Shown piece after piece: positions 36,212 to 49,500 of a DNA stretch of 64,000 nt (positions are counted from its first letter, which is position 1; the number at the start of each line of letters is the position of its first letter). The DNA is from Macrostomum hystrix (lineage: Eukaryota; Animalia; Platyhelminthes). The notes under the pieces are model-generated. The model searched no databases. It saw only the letters and a program-made list of their open reading frames with translations, and was not told where the DNA came from. The DNA lies in contig CATNEN010000001.1 in the NCBI GenBank assembly GCA_950097015.1, forward strand, positions 17,360,001 to 17,424,000, read 5' to 3'. Position numbers and translations under genes: made by a program.

Positions 36212-37856
36212 GACTAGGACTATTTTTAGACTAAATTCAAATTTATTCAATGCCTAGAAAGGTAGAAACTTCGAAGTAGTACCACACAGACAGCATTTCA
36301 CTGTTTATCTTTATACTTTTATTGCTTTTAAACACTTCAGCCAATCACACCTGTGAGTATATAACGACTTTAAATTAATTCTCGCGTTAATGCTCAACGT
36401 CACATTGTTACTCGTGCTTTAGTGATTCCGCTTGACAAACTGTAAAACAAAACAGCACCACTTACTAGGTGAAAAGTTTTAATGACCTGCGCGCGTGCTG
36501 CTTTCTACACTAAATAAAAGGCAATCGTTTTAAACGATACAGAAAAAGTTTTCTATATGTATTGAAGTTTGACTAGTAAAAAATGTCTGACCAAAGCTTT
36601 GTCTGATTTGATCCACTCAGAAGTCTCTGTTGCAGTTTTACCACTTTCTGCGAAAGTAGGCCCACTGAATGTGTTTTCTCCGTTACTGCTCACAAACTTT
36701 ACAATGTGCACTATATGCAAATACTTCGCATTGTTTATGTGGTTAAAGTTTAAAAAGCAGTTAGTAACAGTACATTAATTAGTTATTAATAGACTGACTC
36801 TTTAGTATTTTTCAGGAATCGAGATGTAGGACCTAAGAATATTTTAGTTGCAATTCTCAGCTACTGATAGCCATCGGCACCTACTAACTAGATATACCAT
36901 AATCGTGCTGAGGTATAGACTTCATTGGCTTTTCCCAGCTATAAAAACATTTAAATTTTTCTGTTTAATGCAAAAATTATTCTTTAATACTTAACAATGT
37001 GAAATTTTCTGATGTAATATTTCGTAGGGCCTAATCGATTCTTCTGTATTAGCTACCTTATTTGCTTTTGGCCTGTTATAACAGGCACAGTTGTATAAAG
37101 AAACGTATATATATATATATACTTATTTTGCCTAAGTTTTTTAGTACTAACACTTAGATATAAAAAAGCTTTTACACAATTTTGATGATAAAAACAAAAC
37201 CCTACAATTTGTTTGCAGTATGCAGCATTCATTTTTACTAGTCAGTAAATGTTTCTTAACATAGTTTCATTTAACTTTAATATAGTTAATTAATTTGGTT
37301 TCATTTAAGTTTCATTTCATTTAACATAGTTTATAGAATTGTATTTTTATGCCTATGTAATCATAGCTTTGAAAATGGATGAATTCACAGCATTTCTTAG
37401 ATATATCCACAAAGTTTTCTTGTATTTCTTTCAGTTTTCACAAAAGCTGTCTGGGTCTTTGCAAAAATTGTGGATTTTTTATGATTGTGATTGAAAGAAA
37501 AAGAAAACTTTGTTTGTTTGATATTTAAAGGATTTTTGTATAATATTCCTATTTCTTTTTAATACAATGCATTCAATATATGTATTCTTTACATTATTTG
37601 TCATAAAATTGTTTGTGATCAGTTTTGGTCTGTAGTCCTGAATTCATTTTACATAATTATTTAATGCAATACTGCAGTAAATAAGAGCATTTATTGATGA
37701 GCTATATCATTTAATTTTCAGCTTTAGCAAACCTGTGCAGTTTTAGAATCAGCTTGTCCAAAAACCTTCCAAAGGCACATTTTACCAATTTAATTATTGG
37801 CTGCCTTGTCTGAGCCAATATAGCAAATTGGAGATCTGATAGGCATCAGCCAAAGG

Positions 37857-40800
37857 ATGAAACGCACCTATGATGCCATCTCTGATCTGCAGTATCTGCA
37901 GTTCCCCATTACCCGCACTATTGGCAATGGCAGCAGTGGCAGTGGTCACGCAGGCCCGAATGATGAGCCGCCAGCTGTTCTGAACTCAATCGAGGTCTCA
38001 ACTTCACATGACCTATCCCAGCATCATCACATCCAGCAGCATCATCTGCAGCATCTGGTTGTGAAGCCAACATCAATTAGTGTTAGCTTAGCTGGGTCTT
38101 CCAGTGCGAGTCACGGCGTTAACTCCGCCTCCACAAAATTCGTTGCCACGCCCGCGCCATCGCATTCGCTCTACCTGACTGGATTCGGCGGAGGCAGTCA
38201 CGTGATGCATCACCAGCAGCAAATGCTGGCCTCTCCGCCAATCATTGACGATGATGTGATCACTGTGCCAAGCGCCCTGCTCAGTGGAGAAGATCTGGAC
38301 CCGCCGCCTGCCAACACTCCCCTACTGCCTGACAGAGAGGACTTCAACACGCACCTCATCAATCACTATCCGCCAACGAGCCGGTCAATTGGCGGCGAAA
38401 TTCGTCAGGAGTTCGCCGATCGAATCATCAACTTTCTGAAGGATCCGCGAACGGAGCCGGAATCAACATTCAGATTGTTTGTTAGAAAGAAGCAGTTCCG
38501 AATTCTGCAGGTTCGCGCTGCTTAATAAGTTTCTACCCCCCTTTCTTCCTCAAGTTTCTACCCCTGTCTACCCTAGAGTCCTTCCTAAAGTTTCTACCCC
38601 ATGTCTACCCTAGAGTCCTTCCTAAAGTTTCAACCCCATGTCTACCCTAGAGTCCTTCCTGAAGTTTCTACCCCTGTCTACCCTAGAGTCCTTCCTAAAG
38701 TTTCTACCCCCTGTCTACCCTAGAGTTCTCCCTAAAGTTTCTACCCCGTGTCCTTACCTTTTTGTTTTCAAATCAGATGCCTAATATTGTATTACATGTA
38801 TATTTTCCTCACACCAGGTGCCCAACACAGATGGCAGCATGCGAGAGATTCTGGTCTGCGCTCGCAAAGAAGGAGACTGTAATGTGTTCAAACGCGTGGC
38901 CACAGTGGAACGCTTCTACGATATTCTGAGCGCGTATCACATTCAGGATGGCATCCACTGCGGCATTAAAAAGACTCAGACTTCACTAGGCGAGCAGTAT
39001 CACAAGATTCCAAGGTTGGTTGAGTTCAGGGAATCAGTTGACAAGCATTTACCTCGGCTATTTATTCACTTTATATCGCATTCATCTTACCTTCTTGATG
39101 ATTGACAAAATATCCCATTTTGGGATTACGAATGAGAAGATCCGTATTGTTTTCAAATTAAAAAATCCTAGGTCGGTGATTGAGCTGTTCCTAAAGCTGT
39201 GTCCAGTGTGCTCAAAGCGACTCCAGTCTTATCGAATGTTCACAAACAGTCTGAAGGAGGAGGGACTCTATAACAAGCACAGGCAGAGCGCGCTGAAAGC
39301 TATCGAGCAGAGAGAGCAAGCCTACCTGACCAGCATCTCAGAGGATGCCTGCATCGGAGGTGAGTGCAAATCTTTGAGCACGTCTCAAATTATTTTAGTT
39401 TATATTTGAAAAATGTTTTCAATATTTAAATGTTCACCATTTGAGGATCTAAAGATTCAGAATTTGAGGATTTATAGATTCAGGATTCAAGGATTTAAAA
39501 CTTTTAAGATTGGGGATCTAAGCATTTAAGAATGTTAAGATTGGGGAATTGAGGATTTAGGAATCTTAAGATTTGGGATTAGAGGATTTAATGGGATTTG
39601 AGGATTTAAGAATATTAAGATTGGGGATTTGAGGATTTAAGAATTTTAAGATTGGTGATTTGGAGATTAAAGAATATTAAGATTGGGGATTTGAGGATTC
39701 AGGAATCTTAAGATTGGGGATTTGAGGATTTAAGAATATTAAGATTGTGGATTTGAGGATTTAAGAGTCTTAAGATTGGGGATTTGAGGATTTAAGAATA
39801 TTAAGATTGGGGATTTGATGATTTAAGAATATTAAGATTGGGGATTTGAGGATTTAAGAATGTTAAGATTGGGGATTTGGGGATTAAATAATATTAAGAT
39901 TGGGGATTTGAGGATTCAGGAATCTTAAGATTGGGGATTTGAGGATTTAAGAGTCTTAAGATTGGGGATTTGAGGATTTAATCTGAATATTAAGATTGGG
40001 GATTTGAGGATTTAAGAGTCTTAAGATTGGGGATTTGAGGATTTAAGAATATTAAGATTGGGGATTTGATGATTTAAGAATATTAAGATTGGGGATTTGA
40101 GGATTTAAGAATGTTAAGATTGGGGATTTTGGGATTAAATAATATTAAGATTGGGGATTTGAGGATTCAGGAATCTTAAGATTGGGGATTTGAGGATTTA
40201 AGAGTCTTAAGATTGGGGATTTGAGGATTTAAGAATATTAAGATTGGGGATTTGAGGATTTAAGAGTCTTAAGATTGGGGATTTGAGGATTTAAGAATAT
40301 TAAGATTGGGGATTTGAGGATTTAAGATTGGGGATTTGAGGATTTAAGAGCATTAATCTGTGTAACTGAGAGCACCATGGCACTGCGCCGTCTGCCCCAA
40401 CTCAGCCGATCCCATCAGCCAGACCGGCCTACCAGATTTTCCCGTCCCAGGCGGGGCATCCGTCGTGGCTGCCGTCACCGCGGCCTCTGCGGCTGGGACT
40501 GCTGCTTCTGGCGGCAAAAGTGCTCTGAAGCCGGTCATCAGTAAGATTAGCGGCAATTCGGCTGCTGCTGCTGATGCTGCCAGTGCCTCGGCTGCAGCTG
40601 CTGATTCCAACGGCCTGTCATCGGAGACTTTGAAAACTCTGGCCGTTGCCAACCTGTATCCAACCGACATTCTTCAGCACCTGTGCGGCCTTCAGTCCTG
40701 CATTGTGCTGGATTTGGAGGAGGATATGCTGAAGGCCAGTCAGCCAACTGCTGTGTCCGCCACCCACTGGACTGTGTCCGGTGGACAGATTGCTGTCAGC

Positions 40801-43704
40801 GTGTTCGGATACAATCCCAAGGTCAGCGCCTAGCAGATTTGGATCTAAAAACTTCCTGTTCTTCTGAAGCATTTGGATCATAGACATCCAGAGTTCTTTC
40901 GGGTGGGATTGGTCCGTAGACATATAGTCTTTCTGAGGTATTAAACCATAGACATCTAGCCCTTCTGAGGTATTGGACCATAGACATCCAGTGCTTCTGA
41001 GGTATTGGACCATAGACATCCAGTTCTTCAAGGGATTGGACCAGAGACCTTGAGGATTTGGACCATAGTCAGCCAATCCTTCTGGGGGATTAGACCATAG
41101 ACATCAGTTACTTTTGAGTGTCAACAATCCTTTAATCCAGTTATTTTGCTACAAAATCCTCCAGGTTGATGGAGTGCTGTACGTAGGCTCCTATCCGCTC
41201 ATTGCCGAAACGGACATTGTGAGTTTTCTGCGCCTCATCCCTGGCCTGGAGTCGGCCATGGGGATGCCGCTAACGCTGAGCCTAACAGAGGAGGAGCTGC
41301 AGGCAATGTCCTACGTTGAGTACCAGCAGGACAACATTTTGGTTGTGCCCTGCTTTGTCTCGGCACTCAGCTTCGCAGTGAATCGATCACTCAGAGAGTA
41401 CGCGCCCTTTGTTGGCGAACGAGTTCAACAATTCTTGCTGAGCGGCGTTCCGGAACCAGACAAGGCATTCCAGCCTGGCCTAACTCAACAGTTCTGCCGC
41501 TTGTCAGTCTACATGGGCCAGATGAATGCTCACGGTGCACTGAACACACAGGAGATGGTGATTGTGCATCACTACCTGCAGCTTGTCACCTCCTATACTC
41601 AGGAGCTCACCCAGCTGGGCAGTGCTCATGATTTCCTGCCGCTGGCTTCAACCATCTCGCTGCTGAAAGATTTGGAGAATCTGTTAGCTTCCAGTCCGTA
41701 CGCTGAGCAGCCGCTGTTCCGTGTGCTCACGGAGACCCTATTAGTATCGCTGCGAGACGTCTATCTGAAGAATCGCAGGCTGAGAACACTGCTCAGCCTG
41801 TGCGCTGTGCTGCATCCTAAATTTAAAGATAGCGGCGAGCGTCACTTTGATCAGATGGAAGTTGACGACCTGATTGAATACCTGTGCCAGCAGAATCACC
41901 TGGCCTTCTGCGAGACACGCCAAGTACTCATTGACGATCAGTGCATGACTGTGCTAGTTAAACGGCCCGTGGCTGAGATCTATGCCAAGGTTAAAGAACA
42001 GCTTAACAGGGCGCTGATTACCTATAGGGAGCAGGTAAGAATAGTTATTGTTCATAATTTCATTTAATTATTCCTTTAGTTTCTAAAATTTAGTATTATT
42101 AAATAGCCAGCTTCGTTAACAGTAACACTACTAACGGGGGGGGGATTCTCACCCCTGACAATTATTTTACTGCACCCGATCGGAGCAACTCAAGAACGCG
42201 GGCCAAGTTTTTGTTGCGCATCTTCTTAAAAAAGAATCAAGTCGCCAGCTCTTCAGACTGTCTAGATATTCAATGGTTCTGGCCGTACACCGCTATCCAT
42301 GAATTAGCACTGCGCCTCAGTGCGGCCTTGCCTGATGCCTTCAAAATTGATCAGTCATGTCACCCGAATGTGCCTGCATCATCATGTGGAAATAGGCCAC
42401 TATGGACACCCTGACGCGAATTTTTCCTATTTCACTGATCAAGCCAAAATATTAAACGCAGCTCAACCACAGTACACCATGGCCTAGTCTGTCAACCAAG
42501 CAGTGACCAGCCGACTCTGTTTGCATTCGGGCGCTGTCAAAACATTTTCAGAGGGGTGGAAATTCCCCCCCCCTTGGTATACATGGCTTGGTAGCCCTAC
42601 TGTTAACATGAATTAGATCAGGGGTAGGCAATCTTATTTGCTGGCGGGCCAAAGAGAGAACCTAAAAGACGACAGCGGGCCGCATTGACTGTATAAATAT
42701 GAGATAGGGGAGAGATGAAACACGGGAGAGATGAGACACGGGAGAGATTAGACACGGCAGAGATGAGACACAGGAAAGATGGGACACGAGAGAGATGAGA
42801 CACGGGAGTGATAAGACAGGGGAGAGATTAGACACGGGGGAGATTAGACACGGGAGAGATTAGACGCGGGAGAGATTAGACACCGGAGAGATGAGACACA
42901 GGAAAGATGGGACACGAGAGAGATGAGACACGGGAGAGATAAGACAGGGGAGAGATTAGACAGGGGAGAGATTAGACGCGGGAGAGATTAGACACCGGAG
43001 AGATGAGACACAGGAAAGATGGGACACGAGAGAGATGAGACACGGGAGAGATAAGACAGGGGAGAGATTAGACACGGGAGAGATGAGACACGGGAGAGAT
43101 TAGACACGGGAGAGATTAGACACGAGATAGATGAAACAGGACACTGCAGATGTCAGAAAGGGCAACGGGCCGGATTCGGGAGCTTCGAGGGCCGCATCTG
43201 GCCCGCGGGCCGGAGTTTGCCGACCCCTGAATTAGATAGTCCTTTTTAACGAGTTATAATTTAACTTCCGTTATTTTTTTTCGTTGCTTTTGGTTGCTTA
43301 ATTTCGTTAACTTTTAAAGTTCCGTTACTCAAAGTTTTAAAATACTTGAAATAGTCGTAGTTTATTTTTACTTAATATTTACTTAATTTATATTCCGTTA
43401 ATCGCGAACTATAAAAGCGTTAGTTAAAGTCGTTAATCGTTAGTAAATGTGAAAATCAATCGCGCCTCCATTCAAGGTGTGCTCATGGCGCACCTTCTGG
43501 GAGCACAAGAGCACCACTATTCCGCATCTGTGGCGCTTCCTGCAGCACCTTCTAGTCCTGCCTGTCACTGCCGCTCCGCCAAGCAAGCTGCTCACTACAA
43601 AGTTTCAGCGCCGACTGTCAGCACTGCAGCCTGAGCAGCTGCACGCCCAGCTGAGACTGCACTTTAACTCCAAGCCTAGCGGTGCGGGTCCGGCCTTGAC
43701 CTGA
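37857..43704 (+). CDS. NOL4-like H2C2 zinc-binding domain fused to a degenerate hAT transposase-like region (domesticated), 6 exons
   Basis: Exons 37857-38510, 38818-39014, 39172-39359, 40406-40821, 41165-42034 and 43477-43704, all GT-AG and phase-consistent. NOL4-type FRLFVRKKQF...KRVATVERFYDIL..YH....HCGIKKT...Y..IPR..IELFLKLCPVC. hAT-like ATHW, PCFVSALSFAV, AVLHPKFK and C-terminal FW......PHLWRF..HLLVLPVTAA...RR..LQP..L. Confidence 0.75.
38527..38750. repeat. Intronic minisatellite, about 35 bp
   Basis: Unit approximately aagtttctacccctgtctaccctagagtccttcct. Confidence 0.85.
39440..40350. repeat. Intronic minisatellite, about 31 bp
   Basis: Unit approximately ttaagattggggatttgaggatttaagaata. 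Confidence 0.9.
40840..41105. repeat. Degenerate intronic minisatellite, about 32 bp
   Basis: Recurrent ttggaccatagacatccagt.cttctgagg. Confidence 0.75.
42120..42602. mobile_element. Non-autonomous interspersed element (family C) with short imperfect TIR CAGTA...TACTG and TTAA flanks
   Basis: TTAA at 42116-42119 and 42603-42606; homologous copies at about 56600-57175 and 58710-59089. Confidence 0.65.
42619..43229. mobile_element. hAT (Charlie-type) MITE carrying a 16-bp minisatellite
   Basis: TIRs CAGGGGTAGGCAA and TTTGCCGACCCCTG, subterminal GGCCCGCGGGCC, perfect 8-bp TSD AATTAGAT at 42611-42618 and 43230-43237; internal (gagacacgggagagat)n. Confidence 0.92.
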
Positions 43705-43839
43705 TTGACTGCATCTGCGGTTTTAGGTGATCATTGCTCTGCGTTTGCTGCCATGAAAAACTGATAGAATTCAGCTCAGCTATGATACAGATTCCCATCA
43801 TACGATCCTCAAGACAAATTAGCTGTCCTCCCAGCTTCT

Positions 43840-44963
43840 TGATAATCCATTCTCCCGGATCCTCCAGATAGATAATCCATTCTCCCAGATCCTCCAGATT
43901 GATAATCCATTCTCCCAGATCTTCAAGATTGATAATCCATTCTCCCAGATCCTCAAGATTGATAATCCATTCTCCCGGATCCTCAAGATTGATAATCCAC
44001 TCTCCCGGATCCTCAAGATTGATAATCCATTCTCCCAGATCCTCAAGATTGATAATCCATTCTCCCGGATCCTCAAGATTGATAATCCATTCTCCCAGAT
44101 CCTCAAGATTGATAATCCATTCTCCCAGATCCTCCAGATTAATAATCCATTCTCCCGCATCCTCCATATTGATAATCCATTCTCCCACATCTTCAATATT
44201 GATAATCCATTCTCCCAGATCCTCCAGATTGATAATCCATTGTCCCAGATCCTCAACATTGATAATCCATTCTCCCAGATCTTCAAAATGGATAATCCAT
44301 TCTCCCGGATCCTCAACATTGATAATCCATTCTCCCAGATCTTCAAGATTGATAATCCATTCTCCCAGATCCTCAAGATTGATCATCCATTCTCCCAGAT
44401 CCTCCAGATTAATAATCCATTCTCCCAGATCCTCAAGATTGATAATCCATTCTACCAGATCCTCCAGATTGATAATCCATTCTCCCAGATCCTCAAGATT
44501 GATAATTCATTCTCCCAGATTCTCAAGATTGATAATCCACTCTCCCGGATCCTCAAGATTGATAATCCATTCTCCCAGATCCTCAAGATTGATAATCCAT
44601 TCTCCCAGATCCTCCAGATTAATAATTCATTCTCCCAGATCCTCAAGATTGATAATCCATTCTACCAGATCCTCCAGATTGATAATCCATTCTCCCAGAT
44701 CCTCAAGATTGATAATTCATTCTCCCAGATTCTCAAGATTGATAATCCACTCTCCCGGATCCTCAAGATTGATAATCCATTCTCCCAGATCCTCAAGATT
44801 GATAATCCACTTGCCCAGATCATTAAGGTTGATAATCCATTCTCTCAGATCCTCAAGGTTGATAATCCATTCTCCCAGATCATTAAGATTGATAATCCAT
44901 TCTCCCAGATCCTCAAGGTTGATAATCCACTTGCCCAGATCATTAAGATTGATAATCCATTCT
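43840..44963. repeat. 30-bp satellite, about 37 copies
   Basis: Unit gataatccattctcccagatcctcaagatt. Confidence 0.95.
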
Positions 44964-45556
44964 GCGGAGTTAAAATGCTGAGTTAATCTTCAACACTGGC
45001 ATTAGCAATGTGTGCTGTTGGAGTTTATTTTTCTTGCGAATCTTTCAGTTTTGTCATTAAGTTTCGCGTATTATTTGTTAATACACTCGTACATTTATGT
45101 GTATATAATTCTAGTTGCATTCGGCCATGCATTTTGTAATGCCCGGAGTTTGGTCTTCATCTGCTTTGCAATTTTATTTCTGGCTTAATCTAGTTTGGGT
45201 CAAGTGAATTGGCTGTTGTTAAAACATGGTAGGGATGCTATAAGTATTTGGCAGTTTAAAAATAGTTTTTTAAAAGATACAATTTGTGTCTCCGAAGTTA
45301 ATCTGTGCTTTCGCACTGTGTTGTTAATCAGTTAATATGTTAGTGTTGATCTTTCTAAGGATTTCCATCGTTCTTTATATTTGCTGCTTCACATTTAATC
45401 ACAAAAATATACTCTGTTTAAAGGCAAAAGTGTTTGCATTTTTTAAAACATGATACAGTTTTGCAAGCCTTTTTAACAATAATTATAATAATTATTTAGT
45501 ACACTTGCCCTTAACTGGGCCAGATGTGTAGCCGACAGCACAGCCGAAACTCAACT

Positions 45557-46023
45557 TCCCCAACATTGACACTCCACTGTACTCAAATCCCCAACATTGA
45601 CACTCCACTGTACTCAAATTCCCAACATTGACACTCCACTGTACTCAAACTCCCCAACATTGACACTCCACTGTACTCAAACTCCCCAACATTGACACTC
45701 CACTGTACTCAAATTCCCAACATTGACACTCCACTGTACTCAAACTCCCCAACATTGACACTCCACTGTACTCAAATTCCCAACATTGACACTCCACTGT
45801 ACTCAAATCCCCAACATTGACACTCCACTGTACTCAAATCCCCAACATTGACACTCCACTGTACTCAAATCCCCAACATTGACACTCAACTGTACTCAAA
45901 TCCCCAACATTGACACTCCACTGTACTCAAATCCCCAACATTGACACTCCACTGTACTCAAATCCCCAACATTGACACTCCACTGTACTCAAATCCCCAA
46001 CATTGACACTCCACTGTACTCAA
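45557..46023. repeat. Minisatellite of 31-32 bp, about 15 copies
   Basis: Unit ccccaacattgacactccactgtactcaaat. Confidence 0.95.
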
Positions 46024-46572
46024 GTCGTCAACTATCGATGCTGTATTGAAACTTCATGGACTTACATAGGTGGAAACAAGTGACAAGTGTTTCCTAGTCC
46101 CACGAATTCTATTATTAATTTATTTTTATATTCAAGCAACATCAATTTTTGAGCTTGTAATCAAATGGCTCTATTTTTGATATCTGTTACTGCAAATAAA
46201 CTTTATCGTTTTTTTACAAACGACTCTACTAACTTAGTAGCATAGGAAGGGCAGGCGACACGGATTAACAGTGACGATGGATTTAGATTAGAAGCGGAAT
46301 AAAATAAATTGAACATCACACATCGAGTCATGAGAAAGTTAATGTAGTAGTGCAGGCACATGCAACGTGTATTTTTCAGAGACCATTTTAGGATAATTGC
46401 CTTAGAATGAAACTAATACATCAGAGTCATTGTCGACTAGCAATTGCACTACCAATAAGCACTACTCACAGTAGTAGATTAAAAGCTTCCGTCGGTGCTG
46501 ATATTATCGTTGAAGCGAGTTTTTTATAAAAATTGACGCCCAGACGGGGTTCCTCACGATGCACACAGTCAG

Positions 46573-49500
46573 CTACAGATCGGTTACTCCCGGATTTCCG
46601 GTGGCACCGTATTCGTCCATGCTGGCAGTCCCAGCTGCCATCATGCGTCTGTGCCGTCTCCTGTTGAAGAAGCCGCTCTGCTGTTGCTCATCTTCAGCCT
46701 GCGGTGGCTGCTGCGGCTGCGGCTGCTGCATTCCAGGTTGCTGCGGCTGCTGCTGCTGCTGTTGCTGCTGAGCCGTTCGTGACGTCATCCTCGACGTGTT
46801 GACACCTTTATCATCGCGCTCCACCGTGTCAGTGGCTGACTGCTGGTCTGCCAGCTCCTTCGAAGGCGTCTGAGTCTCAGCGCTGACCGTCTCGACGGGA
46901 GCGGGGGCCGCAGCGGCGGGACGGCTCTGCGCGGCGCCGAAGTGGCCCACGTCGCGCGTTGGCGTGAAATCGACCAAAAGGCAGGACTCACGCAGGAAAT
47001 CGACCGGGTCAGTCTGCACCTCGACACTTTCCGTGTCATCACCTGCGCCCACTGTGTCCATGCTGCTCGTGAGGGAGGAGAAGCTGGATGGGGTTCAGGG
47101 AGACTGCTTAGGATGAGCCAGTGAACAGTTCCGGATTTTCATAATGACATCACCAAGCTCGCCTAATACCTTATAAACGTTTCGATCCACTCTTAGCCTC
47201 ACCCACTCACTCCCAAGCTCACCTACTCACTCCCAAGCTCACCTACTCACTCCCAAGCTCACCTACTCACTCCCAAGCTCACCCACTCACTCCCAAGCTC
47301 ACCTACTCACTCCCAAGCTCACCTACTCACTCCCAAGCTCACCCACTCACTCCCAAGCTCACCCACTCACTCCCATGCTCACCCACTCACTCCCAAGCTC
47401 ACCTACTCACTCCCAAGCTCACCTACTCACTCCCAAGCTCACCTACTCACTCCCAAGCTCACCTACTCACTCCCAAGCTCACCTACTCACTCCCAAGCTC
47501 ACCTACTCACTCCCAAGCTCACTGCTGGACTGACTAAGTTCTCACCTTGAGTTAGAGATGATGCAGCTGCGAAATTTGCTCGCATTCGGCTTGTCCATAT
47601 CCTGTATGGAGCCTAACTCGATGTGGCCAGGCAGAAACCGGATCTCCTTGCTCATTGTCTTGGGCAAGTCCAGCTCCATGGCTATAGACAGCGAGGACAG
47701 CTTCTCCTGGACCTCCTTCTTGAGCAGCAGCAGCTCAATGTCCTTGCCCTGCAGCACTATCTCAGTGAGTGCGCATGTGCTCTTCAGTGTGCTCAGGGCA
47801 GACTGGAGGTCCGCCTTGCGGCCAATGACCTCCATGGTCTGCTTGCCGTACAGGTTGTGAATCTCTTCCACCAGCTGTTTCTCGCGTTGGCGAATCTGAT
47901 AATTGAGGGTTGTGCAGCTGTGCAACTAATTGGAATTTAATTGGGGATTTTTTGGTTCTTGCCACAAGGTCTCAAATATCTTACGTCTCAAAACCACAGG
48001 ATCTCAAAACCACAGGATCTCAAAACCACAGGATCTCAAAACCACAGGATCTCAAAACCACAGGATCTCAAAACTACAGGATCTCAAAGCCACAGGATCT
48101 CAATACCACAATATCTCAAAACCACAGGATCTCAAAACCACAGGATCTCAAAGCCACAGGATCTCAAAACTACAGGATCTCATAACCACAGGATCTCAAA
48201 ACTACAGGATCTCAAAGCCACAGGATCTCAAAACTACAGGATCTCATAACCACAGGATCTCAAAACCACAGGATCTCATAACCACAGGATCTCAAAACCA
48301 CAGGATCTCAAAACCACAGGATCTCAAAACCACAGGATCTCAAAATCACAGGATCTCAAAACCACAGGATCTCAAAGTTCCAGGATCTCAATACCACAAT
48401 ATCTCAAAACCACAGGATCTCAAAGCCACATGATCTCAAAGCCACAGGATCTCAAAGCCACAGGATCTCAAAACTACAGGATCTCAAAGCCACAGGATCT
48501 CAAAGCCACAGGATCTCAAAGCCACAGGATCTCAAAGCCACAGGATCTCAAAACTACAGGATCTCAAAACCACAGGATCTCAAAGCCAAAGGATCTCAAA
48601 ACCATAGGATCTCAAAACTACAGGATCTCAAAGCCACAGGATCTCAAAACTACAGGATCTCATAACCACAGGATCTCAAAGTTCCAGGATCTCAATACCA
48701 CAATATCTCAAAACCACAGGATCTCAAAGCCACATGATCTCAAAGCCACAGGATCTCAAAGCCACAGGATCTCAAAACTACAGGATCTCAAAGCCACAGG
48801 ATCTCAAAGCCACAGGATCTCAAAACTACAGGATCTCATAACCACAGGATCTCAAAACCACAGGATCTCAAAGCCACAGGATCTCAAAACTACAGGATCT
48901 CATAACCACAGGATCTCAAAACCACAGGATCTCAAAGCCACAGGATCTCAAAACTACAGGATCTCATAACCACAGGATCTCAAAACCACAGGATCTCATA
49001 ACCACAGGATCTCAAAACCACAGGATCTCAAAACCACAGGATCTCAAAACCACAGGATCTCAAAGCCACAGGATCTCAAAACCACAGGATCTCAAAGCCA
49101 CAGGATCTCAAAACTACAGGATCTCATAACCACAGGATCTCAAAACCACAGGATCTCAAAGCCACAGGATCTCAAAACTACAGGATCTCATAACCACAGG
49201 ATCTCATAACCACAGGATCTCAAAACTACAGGATCTCAAAGCCACAGGATCTCAAAACTACAGGATCTCATAACCACAGGATCTCAAAACCACAGGATCT
49301 CAAAACCACAGGATCTCAAAACCACAGGATCTCAAAATCACAGGATCTCAAAACCACAGGATCTCAAAGTTCCAGGATCTCAATACCACAATATCTCAAA
49401 ACCACAGGATCTCAAAGCCACAGGATCTCAAAGCCACAGGATCTCAAAGCCACAGGATCTCAAAACTACAGGATCTCAAAGCCACAGGATCTCAAAGCCA

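Noticed and set aside
43676-44986. 10-aa-repeat ORFs (WIINLEDLGE etc.) resembling LRR or beta-solenoid proteins
   Set aside because: A 30-bp satellite open in several frames on both strands, with no unique flanking coding sequence.
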